A stretch of DNA of 63,741 nucleotides, the filler included, from Octopus bimaculoides (Eukaryota), in NCBI RefSeq assembly GCF_001194135.2. It is 4 parts of 4 records of this genome, joined end to end, with 100 filler letters (N's around TTAATTAATTAA, not from the genome) between each part and the next. Parts side by side here need not be neighbours in the genome. Positions count along the whole stretch, not along the records: positions 18,837 to 40,512 come from NC_068988.1; 3 more parts are not named here. One strand, given 5' to 3'. Positions 25,713-38,799 of the stretch are shown one piece after another. The notes beneath the pieces were generated by a model, which saw only the letters and a list, made by a program, of their open reading frames with translations, was not told the origin of the DNA and did not search any database. Position 1 is the first letter of the stretch, and each line of letters opens with the position of its first letter. A program made the position numbers and the translations under genes.

Positions 25713-25995
25713 TATATATATATATATATATATATATTTAAAGAGAAAGAGAGAAAGAGAGAAATAGATATAGATAGATGGGTAGATATATGCATACATA
25801 TATCTCTTTACACAATGCTGAAACTGCAATTTTGGTGCCTGTTGGAGGCGTCTGCCCATTACCAACCTACCTACCGACCTACCTACCTACCTACCTACCT
25901 ACCTACTTACCTACCTATCTATCTACTTGCTTACCTGCCTGCCTACTTACCTACCTAAATATGTACACACACATACAGCATGTTCACGAGAGAAG

Positions 25996-26037
<42 letters not shown>

Positions 26038-26844
26038 CTTACATGCGCACGCACGCACACACACATACACATACACATGTGTGATTATAGATGTGTCAGG
26101 AAACTATTCCATTTAGTTCAGAACTGTATGATGACTCTCTTCCATGGGGAAAGATTGAATTGAAAAGAGTTATTATCGCAATACTTCTATTGCCATTTAT
26201 TTTCTAATGTTCCAAATTCTAATGCTTTCGGACTACATTCCTCTGATTTAAATTGACATGAATCACGAGCATCTATATTTAGATATTTTCCTTGTAATAT
26301 TTTTGAACTTCGGTAAATAATAGAAACCACAAACAAAAAAAAAAAACAAAAAAAACAAAAAGGAAAAAGGTTTCATTCTAACTCCCGTTCATAATATGTT
26401 GTTAAATTGAGATCACTTTTGCATTTATTCAAGGAATAATTTAAGTTGGTTAAAGTTACTTCTCTCTGGCTGTAATTAACCTTTTGCTCCGACCCCGCAA
26501 CCGCCTTATAAAATGTTGGCATCAATTGCCATAGCTCTTCAATTATATCTAGAACTTTTCTTCCAATAACTAAATATGATATCAGCCTATAATCTCTAAG
26601 CATTTTGTGCAGTTTATAATATATGACGGCTGGGATACAGGTCAGTTAAGTTCATTTAAGTTGATTAGATGTCAGCAGGCAGTAAGAAAGCAGAAGTGTG
26701 TTGGGCAAGGGAGTGGGGGGGGCGATGAGGTGATGGGCAAGCCGGATTGTTATCTGATTGTTTCTGTGGGTGAATTCAAGAATGGCAAGCAAACCAGACC
26801 TGCATAGAGCTACATATATTAATCTCATAAAACCCACTAGTATT

Positions 26845-27008
26845 TTGTGTGTATGTGTGTGTATGTGTGTGTTGTGTGTATGTGTGTGTTGTGTGTATGT
26901 GTGTGTTGTGTGTATGTGTGTGTTGTGTGTATGTGTGTGTTGTGTGTATGTGTGTGTTATGTGTATGTGTGTGTTGTGTGTATGTGTGTGTTGTGTGTAT
27001 GTGTGTGT
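26845..27008. repeat. 17-bp minisatellite (TGTGTGTATGTGTGTGT)n
   Basis: Direct reading, about 9 units. Confidence 0.9.
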
Positions 27009-27310
27009 TTTGTTTCTCTGAATTATACCCTGAAATGAAACAAATAAGATCATGGAAAATTCGACGAAATTTAATGGATATCCGATCCGGAACTGCATCT
27101 CCGAACTCATTTAAAGTTTGAAGAAGACAAGAATGAAACAACTGAACAAAAAATGTTTTCATAAGAAAAGAAAATTGCAACAGAAATTAAAGAAACTGCG
27201 CGTATATTTTCTCCCTTTTCCCCTTACCATATTCCAATGCTGTCTTTTACACGAGTAAGACTTAAATTTATTCGTTTTGTAATGGTAAGAAGCATCTTCG
27301 CCAAATTTTA

Positions 27311-27349
<39 letters not shown>

Positions 27350-28760
27350 GTTTGTGCGTTTATGTGCGAACGTATTTATACATATGTATGCATATATACA
27401 TATATGCACCCAAACAAACATATTCAAACGCCTAGTACTAACGAACCTCCCATCAATTATGTCCTCATTTTTGATGCACATGAATAACGGCTTTGAAGAC
27501 AGTCAAATGCTTGAAATAACAGTCAAATATATATTATTGCTTTCATTTTGAGCGTTTCAACAACACGCGGTTGAGACAACGATTTATACAAATAATGAGT
27601 ACGCAAAATTAAAACTTATTACATGCACTCTATGCTTTTTTCGTATTACTTCTGATTTTCGTCTTACGAAATGAATATCGACCACAAAATCATTTGAAAT
27701 ATGTACTCCCGATTTATCTAATAAATTAGTAACGCCTGTGAAGCATTCTAGACTTGTAATCATGTCAGAATTCATACATTTCTTATGGAAACGTGAAGTT
27801 GATTCTGGAGTCGATTATTCAGAGCAGCACATATTGCTGGTACTAATTTTATTACTCAATTCGTATATTTGTACAGTAGATGTTGAACAAGAAATGTAGA
27901 AACGTTGGGAGGTGGACGCTAACTTTTGTAATACATGTAGTACGGCGCTTTTACATTTGTGCCAACTGGCTGTAGTAATAAGCAAATGATATATTAGCTG
28001 ACAGTTTCAGTGGCTAGTCCTGTACGGTGAAATATTTGGCAAACATCCACAACAAATAGACAACAACATTCCTATATTGAAATAGATGTATTAGAAGACG
28101 GCAGCATGTTGACATGATTGACAACGCCATCATATTACTAACGTAGTTTTCTCATTACTGTTCCAGTGCATTTCCTTTTAATCGGTAAATTTCATTGAGT
28201 CAAGTAAGGATCTAAGTACAAGCATTGTCTTTCATCCAATTATAGGCTTGTCTTTCAACTTTAGCAAGGAAGCAATGAAGATAGGAGGATTATTGCATTT
28301 AGGGCAGTGAGCCAATAGAATTGTATAATCCTTTGGACTGTTTGATATAGTTTGCGTGATATGTGAAACACGAAGAGAGGAAGATAGGGATAGCTATACG
28401 GGCAAGATAATGAATGCGTTTAGAGAGAAAGCAATAAAAACTGAAGATTGAGAAAATAAAAGAGAAAATTACGAATAGAAGCGATTTCATGTAACAGAAG
28501 GAAATATTAGATTGTATGAAGAAGTTTTACTTTGCAGCGCTGTTAAAATAAAATAATAATAATAAAAAAACAGTGAAATCTCTTTTATATACGGATAGAC
28601 CTTAAAGTCGCAAATGCACAAGTTTTGAGAAATGGAAGCATATTATAATAGTTCTTATTTACTTTCTGTTTTCAAGATTTTAAAAGTGAGTTTCAGTTGA
28701 AATTTCAGCTTGAAATTTCAAACTAATTCTGGCGCAGTGCTCGCAGAATACTCTCTGTCT

Positions 28761-29210
28761 ACGGCGGCGAGGTGGCAGAAACGTTAGCACGCCGGGCGAA
28801 ATGCTTAGCGGTATTTTGTCTGCCATTACGTTCTGAGTTCAAATTCCGCCGTGGTCGACTTTACCTTTCATCCTTTCGGGGTCGATAAATTAAGTACCAG
28901 TTACGAACTGGGGTCGATATAATTGACTTAATCCGTTTGTCTGTCCTTGTTTGTTTCCTCTGTGTGTAACCCCTCATTAGCAGTAAAGAAATAAGAAACG
29001 TTAGCACACCGGGCGAAATGCTTAGCAGTATTTCGTCTGCCATTACGGTCTGAGTTCAAATTCCGCCGAGGTCGACTTTACTGTTCATCCTTTCGATGTC
29101 GATAAATTAAGTACCAGTTACGCACTGAGATCGATGTAATCAACTTAATCCCTTTGTCTGTCCTTGTTTGTCCCCTCTGTGTTTAGCCCCTTGTGGGCAA
29201 TAAAGAAATA
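28761..29210 (+). mobile_element. Head-to-tail SINE-A dimer
   Basis: Full unit at 28761-28994; second unit lacking the first ~15 nt at 28995-29210; flanked by AGAATACTCTCTGTCT and AGAATAATCTTTGTCT (14/16). Confidence 0.9.
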
Positions 29211-29263
29211 AGAATAATCTTTGTCTGTCTGTCTCTCTCTCTCTGACTTTCACCCTCTCTCCG

Positions 29264-29313
<50 letters not shown>

Positions 29314-29424
29314 ACACACTCACATGTAATGCCTGCGACACACCAGGCGCTGAGTTCTTCGTGTATTATTTTATTGCTATCCGGTACATTTATGATAACA
29401 ATGATGATGAAAATAATAATTTCA

Positions 29425-29600
29425 AATTTTGGTACAAGAACGGCAATTGTAGAGGGTGGAAGCGGGTTACTACGAATCTATTGCCAAACCCTTACTTATT
29501 TTATCGATCAGAAAAGATGAGAGTCAAGTTCGACCCCAGCATAGGAAATGGCGCTAAGTATTTTTTCGGCGTGGTAACAATTCTGCCAGCTCACCGCCTT
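29425..29600 (-). mobile_element. Degenerate SINE-A
   Basis: TACTTATTTTATCGA..GAAAAGATGA core and GGCGTG.TAAC.ATTCTGCCAGCTCACCGCCTT head. Confidence 0.7.
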
Positions 29601-29615
29601 GATAATAATAATGAC

Positions 29616-30096
29616 GTGACGATAATGGAGAAGGAGACTAGCAAACTCCTCTAGGATTTCTCAATCCAAACAGATGAGGTGTTAGAGTATAACAGACCGG
29701 ATCTAGTGGTGGTCGACAAGATGCACCACATGTGCTATATAGTTGATGTTGCGTACCCCATTGAGCTACGAGTAGTGAAGAATGGAAGCGAAAAAAATAT
29801 ATAAATGCAATTCTTTTAAGTACGAAATAGCCCGTTGTGGAAAATGAAGAGGAAGGTAGGGCTCATTATTGCTGGGTTCTCAGGGACAGTATCAGAAGGC
29901 ATCAAGAGGAATACAAGGGAAATTGGAATAGAGTGCCCAGTAGAACTGTTACAAACGTTTTCTCTCCATGGTACAGCCAGAATAATCACGAAAGTATTGA
30001 ACAACTGAAAAGAACGGATTGCATGGTACTGTAGGCTGCAGATAGCAAGCCGACAGTGATAAAATGAAATAATAATAATAATACTAATGATGATGA

Positions 30097-30146
<50 letters not shown>

Positions 30147-30168
30147 ATAATAATAATAATAATAATAA
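29616..30168 (+). mobile_element. 5'-truncated R4/Dong 3' end (distinct older lineage) flanked by TAA repeats
   Basis: DFSIQTDEVLEYNRPDLVVVDK..CYIVDVAYP (RLE PD..D) ..GTARIITKVLN*; UTR, then TAA/CTA/TAA repeats; TAA remnant at 29602-29614. Confidence 0.85.
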
Positions 30169-30362
30169 AAATCCTTTCTACTAAAGGTACAATGCCTGAA
30201 AATCGACCGAGGGACAGAACTAGTCGATTACATCAATTCAGTGTTTCACTGGTACTTAATTTATCGACCTCGAAAGGATGGACGGCAAAGTCGACCTCGG
30301 CGAAATTTGAGCGACGGACAAAATACCGCAAAGCGTTTCGTCCAACAGACTAAAGATTCTGC
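30165..30362 (-). mobile_element. SINE-A (ATT-tailed subtype)
   Basis: AATCCTTTCTACT tail; CTGGTACTTAATTTATCGACC.CGAAAGGATG..GGCAAAGTCGACCTCGGCG core. Confidence 0.8.
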
Positions 30363-30363
30363 G

Positions 30364-30366
<3 letters not shown>

Positions 30367-30423
<57 letters not shown>

Positions 30424-31265
30424 TAATAATAATAATTGTAATAATAAGAAGGAATATATTCACAGACACGACAGAGCTGGGACCTATATACACTGGAAGC
30501 TATGCCAACACTATGGAATAACAACAGAAAAAAGATGGTATAANNNNNNNNNNNNNNNNNNNNNNNNNNNNNNNNNNNNNNNNNNNNNNNNNNNNNNNNN
30601 NNNNNNNNNNNNNNNNNNNNNNNNNNNNNNNNNNNNNNNNNNNNNNNNNNNNNNNNNNNNNNNNNNNNNNNNNNNNNNNNNNNNNNNNNNNNNNNNNNNN
30701 NNNNNNNNNNNNNNNNNNNNNNNNNNNNNNNNNNNNNNNNNNNNNNNNNNNNNNNNNNNNNNNNNNNNNNNNNNNNNNNNNNNNNNNNNNNNNNNNNNNN
30801 NNNNNNNNNNNNNNNNNNNNNNNNNNNNNNNNNNNNNNNNNNNNNNNNNNNNNNNNNNNNNNNNNNNNNNNNNNNNNNNNNNNNNNNNNNNNNNNNNNNN
30901 NNNNNNNNNNNNNNNNNNNNNNNNNNNNNNNNNNNNNNNNNNNNNNNNNNNNNNNNNNNNNNNCTAAGAACAGAAACAATTCCTAACATAGTAGGTGCCT
31001 CAGGTATAATAAAAAAATATTCAGACAAATACATAACAAAAACACCAGGACTTACAAATATATATAACATACAGAAAATTGCACTACTGGGTATTGCACA
31101 CATTCTACGCAAAACACTTTCAATACAGTAAACATAAGAGCACCACAGCAAACCACAGGACATACCCAAGGCGCACAGAGCTGCGCTCGGTAGTGAAGTG
31201 AAAGCACGTTATAAAAATAAAACTACTGAATAATAAAAATAATAATAATAATAATAATAATAATG
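30367..31265 (+). mobile_element. 5'-truncated Dong family-A copy inserted in a (TAA)n array
   Basis: TAA array at 30367-30447; element from KEYIHRHDRAGTYIHWKLCQHYG (identical in protein to 59280-59390 minus); gap; 3' end; TAA array at 31231-31265. Confidence 0.9.
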
Positions 31266-31399
31266 ATATTGATACAATATAATTGCTGTATATGATCACA
31301 TAGAACGTGCAGTTTCTGCTGCCATAAAATTCTTGTGGTATAATAGCCAAACAAAATGGCTTGAAAATTGATGTTGAAGAGCTCAATAGAGATGTTAGA

Positions 31400-32030
31400 A
31401 GGTTATAGGCAATAACTGAAAAACAGATGGTGACGTAAACACACAGGTACAAGGTTAATAGAAAGTACAACACTATACATAGCGGATTATAAATAGGGAA
31501 AGAAAGGATAAGTGAAAATGTAAAGGCAATGTCATTAAAACTAGATATCGATAAAGAATAAACCAGCATCAGCACAGCCTCTTCAGAAACAATGACAAGA
31601 TATCTTAACAACTGAATATGTACATAAGAATAATAATGTAACAAACGTTGAACCTGCAAAGAACATCTGCTCGGATATTTGAAGCAAATATGTTTATCCC
31701 GGAAAGCGGAATGGTTATATAAATTTAAACGTGAATTAGGCAATAAAGGAAAGAAAATAAAATGGGTGCAGGTAATATTGTTATTAAAGATAATATAGCC
31801 AGGAAGATGCAACAAATTGGAAAGACTCTACAACAGATGGTGTTCAAGGATTCTGGCTGAAAAATGTCCATTACATATACTGGTATATGCAAAGGTTTAT
31901 AGAAAATGGAACATCGATGTGGATTAGAAAAGGCAAGAGGAAAGATATTGCTCACGCACAAAGATGAAGAAAAAGAGAAGTCCGTTGTTATAAGCCCCAT
32001 ACCTGGAAAGAAAATGGAAAGAAATCTAAG
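31400..32030 (+). mobile_element. Very old R4/Dong pre-RT/RT N-terminal remnant
   Basis: RKAEWLYKFKRELG; NWKD..DGVQGFWLKN; heavily mutated. Confidence 0.55.
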
Positions 32031-33431
32031 GTTACCCGTGTAGTCCAAACCTACATTTTTTATACAGAGTCATTCAATCTCACCATTTACCAAAGCAACA
32101 TTGTTACTTCATATCTCGTGCAGTCTCTAGATTTTCATAATGTAATTCTCATATAATTCTTGCTGGCAAGATCAAAACTTCGAGAATGGTAGGAGAAAAT
32201 GCGAAGTGTTCCTTTATGCAAAGTATTCCATCATGGTTAGAATGTCTGTCGTACTTACAAAAGATAAGGTTGAGTCCTACTCTCAGATTTCACATTTTTT
32301 CTACGTACAGTATCATTTTTTAAGCGGATGCTCTACACGCTAATACTTATAACTTTATCTACTTCGAGTTCTAAAAGCCAAAATGATTTATATCATATGA
32401 CTTGCACTTTATAAATTCTGAATAATGTAAACACCTTTGGAAAGAATAAAGCTTCTAATATGGATGGATAAACTTCTAAGAATTTCTTTGGTATAATGGT
32501 CAGAACATCTATCATATTTACAGCAATGTCGGTTCCAGTTTTACCGTTAGTCTTTGACTTTATTTAATGCAAAGGTTCTTTTAACCCAATGTTTTACACG
32601 CTACTATTTATAACTTTTAATACTTCAAATTCCACCTTTAAAAATAAATTACTTTGCATGCATGATGAGGCTTTCTGCGACTAAAGAGGGAAAATTTACA
32701 ATCCCGATTGGTACGGACAATGATTTTCATTGGACACCGAGCAGGATGAAAACAAAAACTGTCAAAGAGCATGTGAACTCAATGAAGCCAATCGGCATCC
32801 ATCAGCTGGAAGTGAAAGGCTTTATGGATGTCACTAGGAGAAGGAAAACTCTGATATGACAACCACGAAGTAGCCACCTTGTTTTGAGGCAAATACAGAC
32901 GTTTTTTTTTTACAGTGGCATTGACATCATGCAAGTTCTTTCCTCGTTTTAAAAAAAGCTTCAAGCATAGTCATCTCTTTATTTGTGGCATTTCTATTAT
33001 GTGTTTCATGAGAGAGTTAAATGTAGTCAAAAACAGTAAGACATTCAATGGAAAATTCCAAAATTTAATGTTTCAACATGGATTGTAATTCTCTGAATAC
33101 CCGCTGGAATATGCGCTCAACGTTGCCACTTATTTGCTAAACGCTGTAGGTCCTTATTAGACCTCAACAGCCACGTAGTGATGCTTTGAGAATACAGTCA
33201 AATTATTGCAATGCTCGAAGTTGAGTTGCAACCATCACTCCCCACCCCACACACACGCGCACACACATGTATATGTATGCAGACAACCATCAAAAGTGTG
33301 CATACGCGCAAGTATATACATGTATAGATGTGCATATATATGTAGGCATGTACATATATATATATGTGCATAAGTATATGCATGTATCTATATATACATA
33401 CATATACATACATACATATATGTATATATAG

Positions 33432-33462
<31 letters not shown>

Positions 33463-33593
33463 NNNNNNNNNNNNNNNNNNNNNNNNNNNNNNNNNNNNNN
33501 NNNNNNNNNNNNNNNNNNNNNNNNNNNNNNNNNNNNNNNNNNNNNNNNNNNNNNNNNNNNNNNNNNNNNNNNNNNNNNNNNNNNNNNNNNNNN

Positions 33594-33684
<91 letters not shown>

Positions 33685-36518
33685 TGCATATATGTGTGTA
33701 TATATACATATATTCCATATTAGAAAGACAACTTCCTTACATGTCTTATGTGCTAAAACGTCATAATAAATTACATTGAAGATGTCTAAACTGTTATTTT
33801 GATTAACAGCGTACACACATGGGAGGAAATATATTGAATGTCAGTAAGATATTTTAATACTGATTGTCAACGAGATATTTTAAAACTGATATCTGTGTTA
33901 GCAGTTATTATCGTGGCATTTACTTGACCGAAAGATATTTATCATAGCTATGTGAATATTTTTTTTTCTTTTTGCTATGAAATATACCTTCCTTATTTAA
34001 ATGTCAATTTGAATGCTGAGTTACGAAAAAGAAAATATAGTCTTGGCTATATTTCCATTAATAATTATAAGTTTAATTTCCCCAGGTGTCGGTAGCAATA
34101 ATTATATTAATTTAATCAAAGGAAATTTTGATGGATTCTGTGGCAAAAATGACAGAGATTATTAAGACAAATTTCATAAATAATGACAAGTTCCATTTAC
34201 ATATAGCAAATGTCTCAGTTTGCTCTCTTCTATATCCTCAGAATTGTAATTAAAGCCAAACTAATTTTCTTTATTATACCCATCATTACTATTTGTAGAA
34301 TTAACGCATAGCTATATTTCTGCTTCTATACAGCATCAAAATTATGAATACCTTGAAATTTCTTCAGTAATTTACTGCCAGTCTGAGGTGATGTTGGGTC
34401 ACTTTCATCCATGTTATAATTTTAGCATTGCAAATAATAAAGTAAAGTTATAGCAACATTGCGCTGGGAATTTTCAGAATCGAATTGCTTCTGATTTGAA
34501 AATGCAAATGAAGAGACACCCAGGATATTTTGGAACACAAAGATCTATGGATGCGGTTTACTAAATGTGATTCTCTGAGTATCGACAAAGTGGAATATTG
34601 CCTTCAGTACGTAAATTAATATCTCGAAGCTGTATTATGGTTTGTGTTGTTACAGTATTTAGTAAATTTGAAACAATCAAATCAATAGAAATACATAAAT
34701 GATAAATGACATATGATGAATGATGCAACTGAAGAAATGTAACCCAAAATAGACATTATATGAAATAATACGTTATAGATTTGGTTAATTACTCGTTGAG
34801 CAGAGTTGTTTAGTGGAAGCCTACTGTGTTTATAACACATATGTTACTATTTTTTATATTTATACATAGCAATAAAATAGACTACAAATATAACAATAAT
34901 AAACATATATACACACATATAGAGGAGGGTATAAGTTACATAATGCAATAAAATGTATATAGGATCAAAGGGAAATACACTGAACGAGGTATGCCATATC
35001 CAAAATAACTTTGTGGTTAGATCCGAAAACGATAACAGACCTTTTCACTGGAGATATAGCATGAAAATCCATCTGCGTTCAGGTGCGGCTCTGGTTGTGA
35101 TGCTGCTCAGTCAGGGATCTTTTGAAGTGAATTTAATATTTCGAATTTACATTATATCAATCATTTATATTTTTGGGGATGCCTTGCCCTTGTTGGAAGT
35201 TCGAACGCCGGAATATTTAGCTCCAAACTAAAAGGGTTAATCACTTGACAGCAGTACCCGGACGGCTGGGTTATATAGCATTCAAGTGAAAGGTTTTGGA
35301 AAGGTATCCTTAAATATTTACTCATATAAATTTCTGAATGTCTTTCCATTTTCTCCCTATTGTGTACGGTGCAGGGTTCATCTGTTGCATGCAAGGATGA
35401 TTTGCTTGGTGCATGACCGTCGAATTGTTTGCAACTCATTAGGAGACATCGCTAGGGGCATTTAATCCACTTCCACAACACGAAAGAGTTACTTTATCAT
35501 TGTGTTTTACATGTTCTTATCGTAGAATATATCAATCGTGTTTGCCATTGGCGTTATTGCAATATGTACATGAAATGAAGCATATATTTTCATTGCAATA
35601 TTTACAAAGATCCTGATTCTAAGAATGCAGTCCCTGCTGGACCTGTGTATCTACGCTGCAATGTTATATCGATCGACTTATATACATTAAAGCGTTTCTG
35701 AAAATTTTGAAAGTAATCAGCACGGCTAATTACTTTCCGTGGGATTGTATCATCGTATGTAAACAATAAGAGTCGTTCTTCTAATAATTGGCATATATCC
35801 GAGAGAAACGAGATCGCAGCCAGAATTTCCGACCATGTTTATCGAGTAGTTAGATCAACTGAACACCTGCACTAAGCTTTCTTTCAATATTCGTGAGTAA
35901 TACATCTAAAAACGTTCATTTAATTTACTATTCTCAGAACCGCAACAGTTTTTGACGGATATTAGAGGTACACCAATTTGATACACAACGAATCTTCCAA
36001 CTTTTTGCAGCAATACTTATAATACCCATCTCTTGACAAACTATCTAATGCGAAATAGTATCCAATTTTTTCTTTTTAAATGCTATTTATACATCTCTTA
36101 CGTTTGAGGGGACGAGCAGATGTTTAATTCTATATTTAGTCCTCAGAAGTTGTGTGAGAAGCGCTTCTACCTGGACACAAAATGCCATTTCGTAAAACAT
36201 TTCTTTCGGTGACTGTAGCCAAGATCCTTTTGTTACTTCGTCCTGTGATCTTGCACACTTGCAACAACAAAAAAAGATTATCCTATAATTCATTGAATCT
36301 GCTCATCTTTCCTGGATGTGGACAGAGGCCATTATGTCCTCTTTCATCCATTTTCGTGCGATAGTTATATGGTTTCGATGGTGTCCCTCTACAATAAATA
36401 TTTATTTTCATAGTTTAATCAATTTTTAAATCGGTGAAAAAGAATTGACATGACAATCCTCATAAATAGCTATTCACTGATGTGTTTCTTCTTGTTTCCT
36501 CCACGTCTCTCTCTCTCT

Positions 36519-36618
<100 letters not shown>

Positions 36619-37429
36619 ACACTCTCTCCCCCCTCTCTCTCTCTCTCTCGCTGTCTCCACCTTTCTCTCTCTCTTGCAATAAGGTACGTATTATATACAG
36701 ATATGTGGTCGTTTGCCTGATGTAGAATACCCAACACAATATACCTTAAACGTTTTAGAGGCTAAAACGTAATACATCAAGAAGAAAAAGAAAGAAACTC
36801 ATGAGGATAATATATTAATTGAAATATTATACTCTCCTGATTCAATATCATTGGTAGGTAGTAACAAGGAATAAATTTCAGATCTTTACAATAACTCATT
36901 CCGCAGATGCTCTATAAAATGTTTGTGCGATGCGTATCATAATATAACATTCACGTAGTTCTTCATCTGGATATGTTGATTTTCTAATACAGTGTATCTT
37001 AAGACTGTAAAAGGATTCAATTCATCCTTACCAGGTTGAACATCAATGATCTACATATCAGTCTTTTCATTCCTACGCATGCACCATATTGTAGTTTAGT
37101 TCAATCCTTGATGTTATAAAGCCAGCTTTCTCTAGGAACATTCTCTCAAATATTTGCCATTTACTATTTTCTTCTTATAATAATGTTTGTGTTCTTACTG
37201 TGTGACCAAAGTAGATGATCCCCATTTGACATCATTTGAAAAAATGTGAATATCTGAGTAACTGTATGACCTGGGCAAACGAAATTAAATAGGTTTCACG
37301 TTGAGCAATAATAGATTTATTTGTCGAAATTCGAGTAAGAGACTCAGAGGGATGTGGATTTTATAATGAATTTCACAAAGCTTTAGAATATGCGCACCGC
37401 CTGTGACACTACACATACCAGTTGTCGTA

Positions 37430-37615
37430 GTCCAGCTCCTCAGTGGACTTCTGGACTTCACTCCTGGACTTCTTCAAGGCTTGAAGGAAGAGGTGGAATA
37501 CAGACCAGTCATTTCACATAGCCCTATAGAAAACAATCACAAGGCGTCAATTCAGGTGAACGTGCTGGCCATTTCACCCGCACATTGTCATTATCACTGC
37601 CATGCCCGATTCAAA
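37430..37615 (-). mobile_element. Tc1/mariner (maT/rosa-like) transposase C-terminal fragment
   Basis: IGHGSDNDNVRVKWPARSPELTPCDCFL*GYVK*LVCIPPLPSSLEE matches WPxRSPDLTPxDFFLWGYVK. Confidence 0.8.
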
Positions 37616-38472
37616 CTTAGTTTTTACACACTTTGCTAAAATTTGAGATCATTTGTGCAAGAATTGGCTATGATATTAGACTCTGAAATGATGCCAGTTT
37701 TTTTGGGGGGTGGGGGTGTGGAGGGGGCGCCCTATGCTTTAGCTTAACATTTTAATAATTGATACCAGTGGTCTTTTTTTTTTTAATCAAATCTTAGTTC
37801 AAATATTACATGAACTTAGATTTCAAGTTGTTAATTACACGCGCAATACTGAGAGTATTCCTGTTCTTGTAGTACTCTTATCAGATTATTTAAATGCCGG
37901 TTAATGCTACGCAGATTTGTATTACTCTAGCTCAACATAGAAAACAATATTTCTCAGATTAACCTTATTAATGTATCGCTGGGAAATATTAGTCATTGTT
38001 TCTATATTCGAATATAGAGTAACATATCGCACGTTTACTAATTCCTCAAGGAATGTAGTTTAATATTCCATTGGTATGGAGATGGAGGCCTTGTCAAGGC
38101 TTAACTCAAATATCTCAGAGCTTAGAAGCCGTGTTGAATAAAATTCTTGGTAGTATTTAATTTCGTGTTGGATTATCCTCAACTGTTAATCTCTCAAGAC
38201 AGTGTCATTGTAACAACAGATTTAGTTCACGATACATTTACCGTTTTTCTCGTTAAAAATGAAAGTGAATCTAAAAGCTATGTAAACAGAAGTACGGCCA
38301 TGTAAAAGCAACATAAACGGAAGCAAAGGCATTTCAATAAATATGGCAAGAAACGTGTCGTCCTTGGTTTACTACTCACTCCTACAATTTTATAATTGTT
38401 TGACGTTATTAATTCAACGTGTACGAGCATGAACAAAAATTTTAAAAAATGTACAAATTATCTTCAATACAT

Positions 38473-38536
<64 letters not shown>

Positions 38537-38539
<3 letters not shown>

Positions 38540-38680
38540 GAGGTGGTATGAAAAACTTCCCGGACTAGTTCTGTAGCGCGCCAACAGATTCAGCACAAAG
38601 TTGCGCGCGCAGTGAGATCTAGCAATGACCTTCATGAGCCAGTGTGCCGAGTGACATCGCTGTGTCTATTCTTGCCAGTT
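38537..38680 (+). mobile_element. Mariner-like terminal fragment abutting (TA)n
   Basis: ACGAGGTGGTATGAAAAACTTCCCGGACT resembles mariner TIRs (TACGAGGG..GAAAAGTTCC); second end not found. Confidence 0.5.
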
Positions 38681-38735
38681 GGGATAAATATAAGCCCCAA
38701 AGTAAGGTCTTTTATCAATTTCTATCTATAGAAAT

Positions 38736-38799
38736 ATTCTCCTGAAGAGACGAATGGAACCCTTAATAAGTTCCTAACGTCGAAATTGCAGTAGAGAAT
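38736..38799 (+). ncRNA. Type-I hammerhead ribozyme motif, PLE-style with near-palindromic stem III
   Basis: Stem I ATTCTC/GAGAAT; core CTGAAGA; stem II GACG/CGTC with inner GGAAC/GTTCC hairpin; GAAA; stem III ATTGCAGT (one base from the palindrome ACTGCAGT); cleavage triplet GUA at 38791-38793. Confidence 0.75.

Noticed and set aside
28763-28850. tRNA-like A/B boxes in SINE heads called as tRNA genes
   Set aside because: No cloverleaf; they continue into SINE core and tail sequence.
32662-32859. Protein-like short ORFs (also 35161-35439, 36087-36293, 3180-3275 and 34479-34560)
   Set aside because: No recognisable domain or convincing splice pair; expected by chance.
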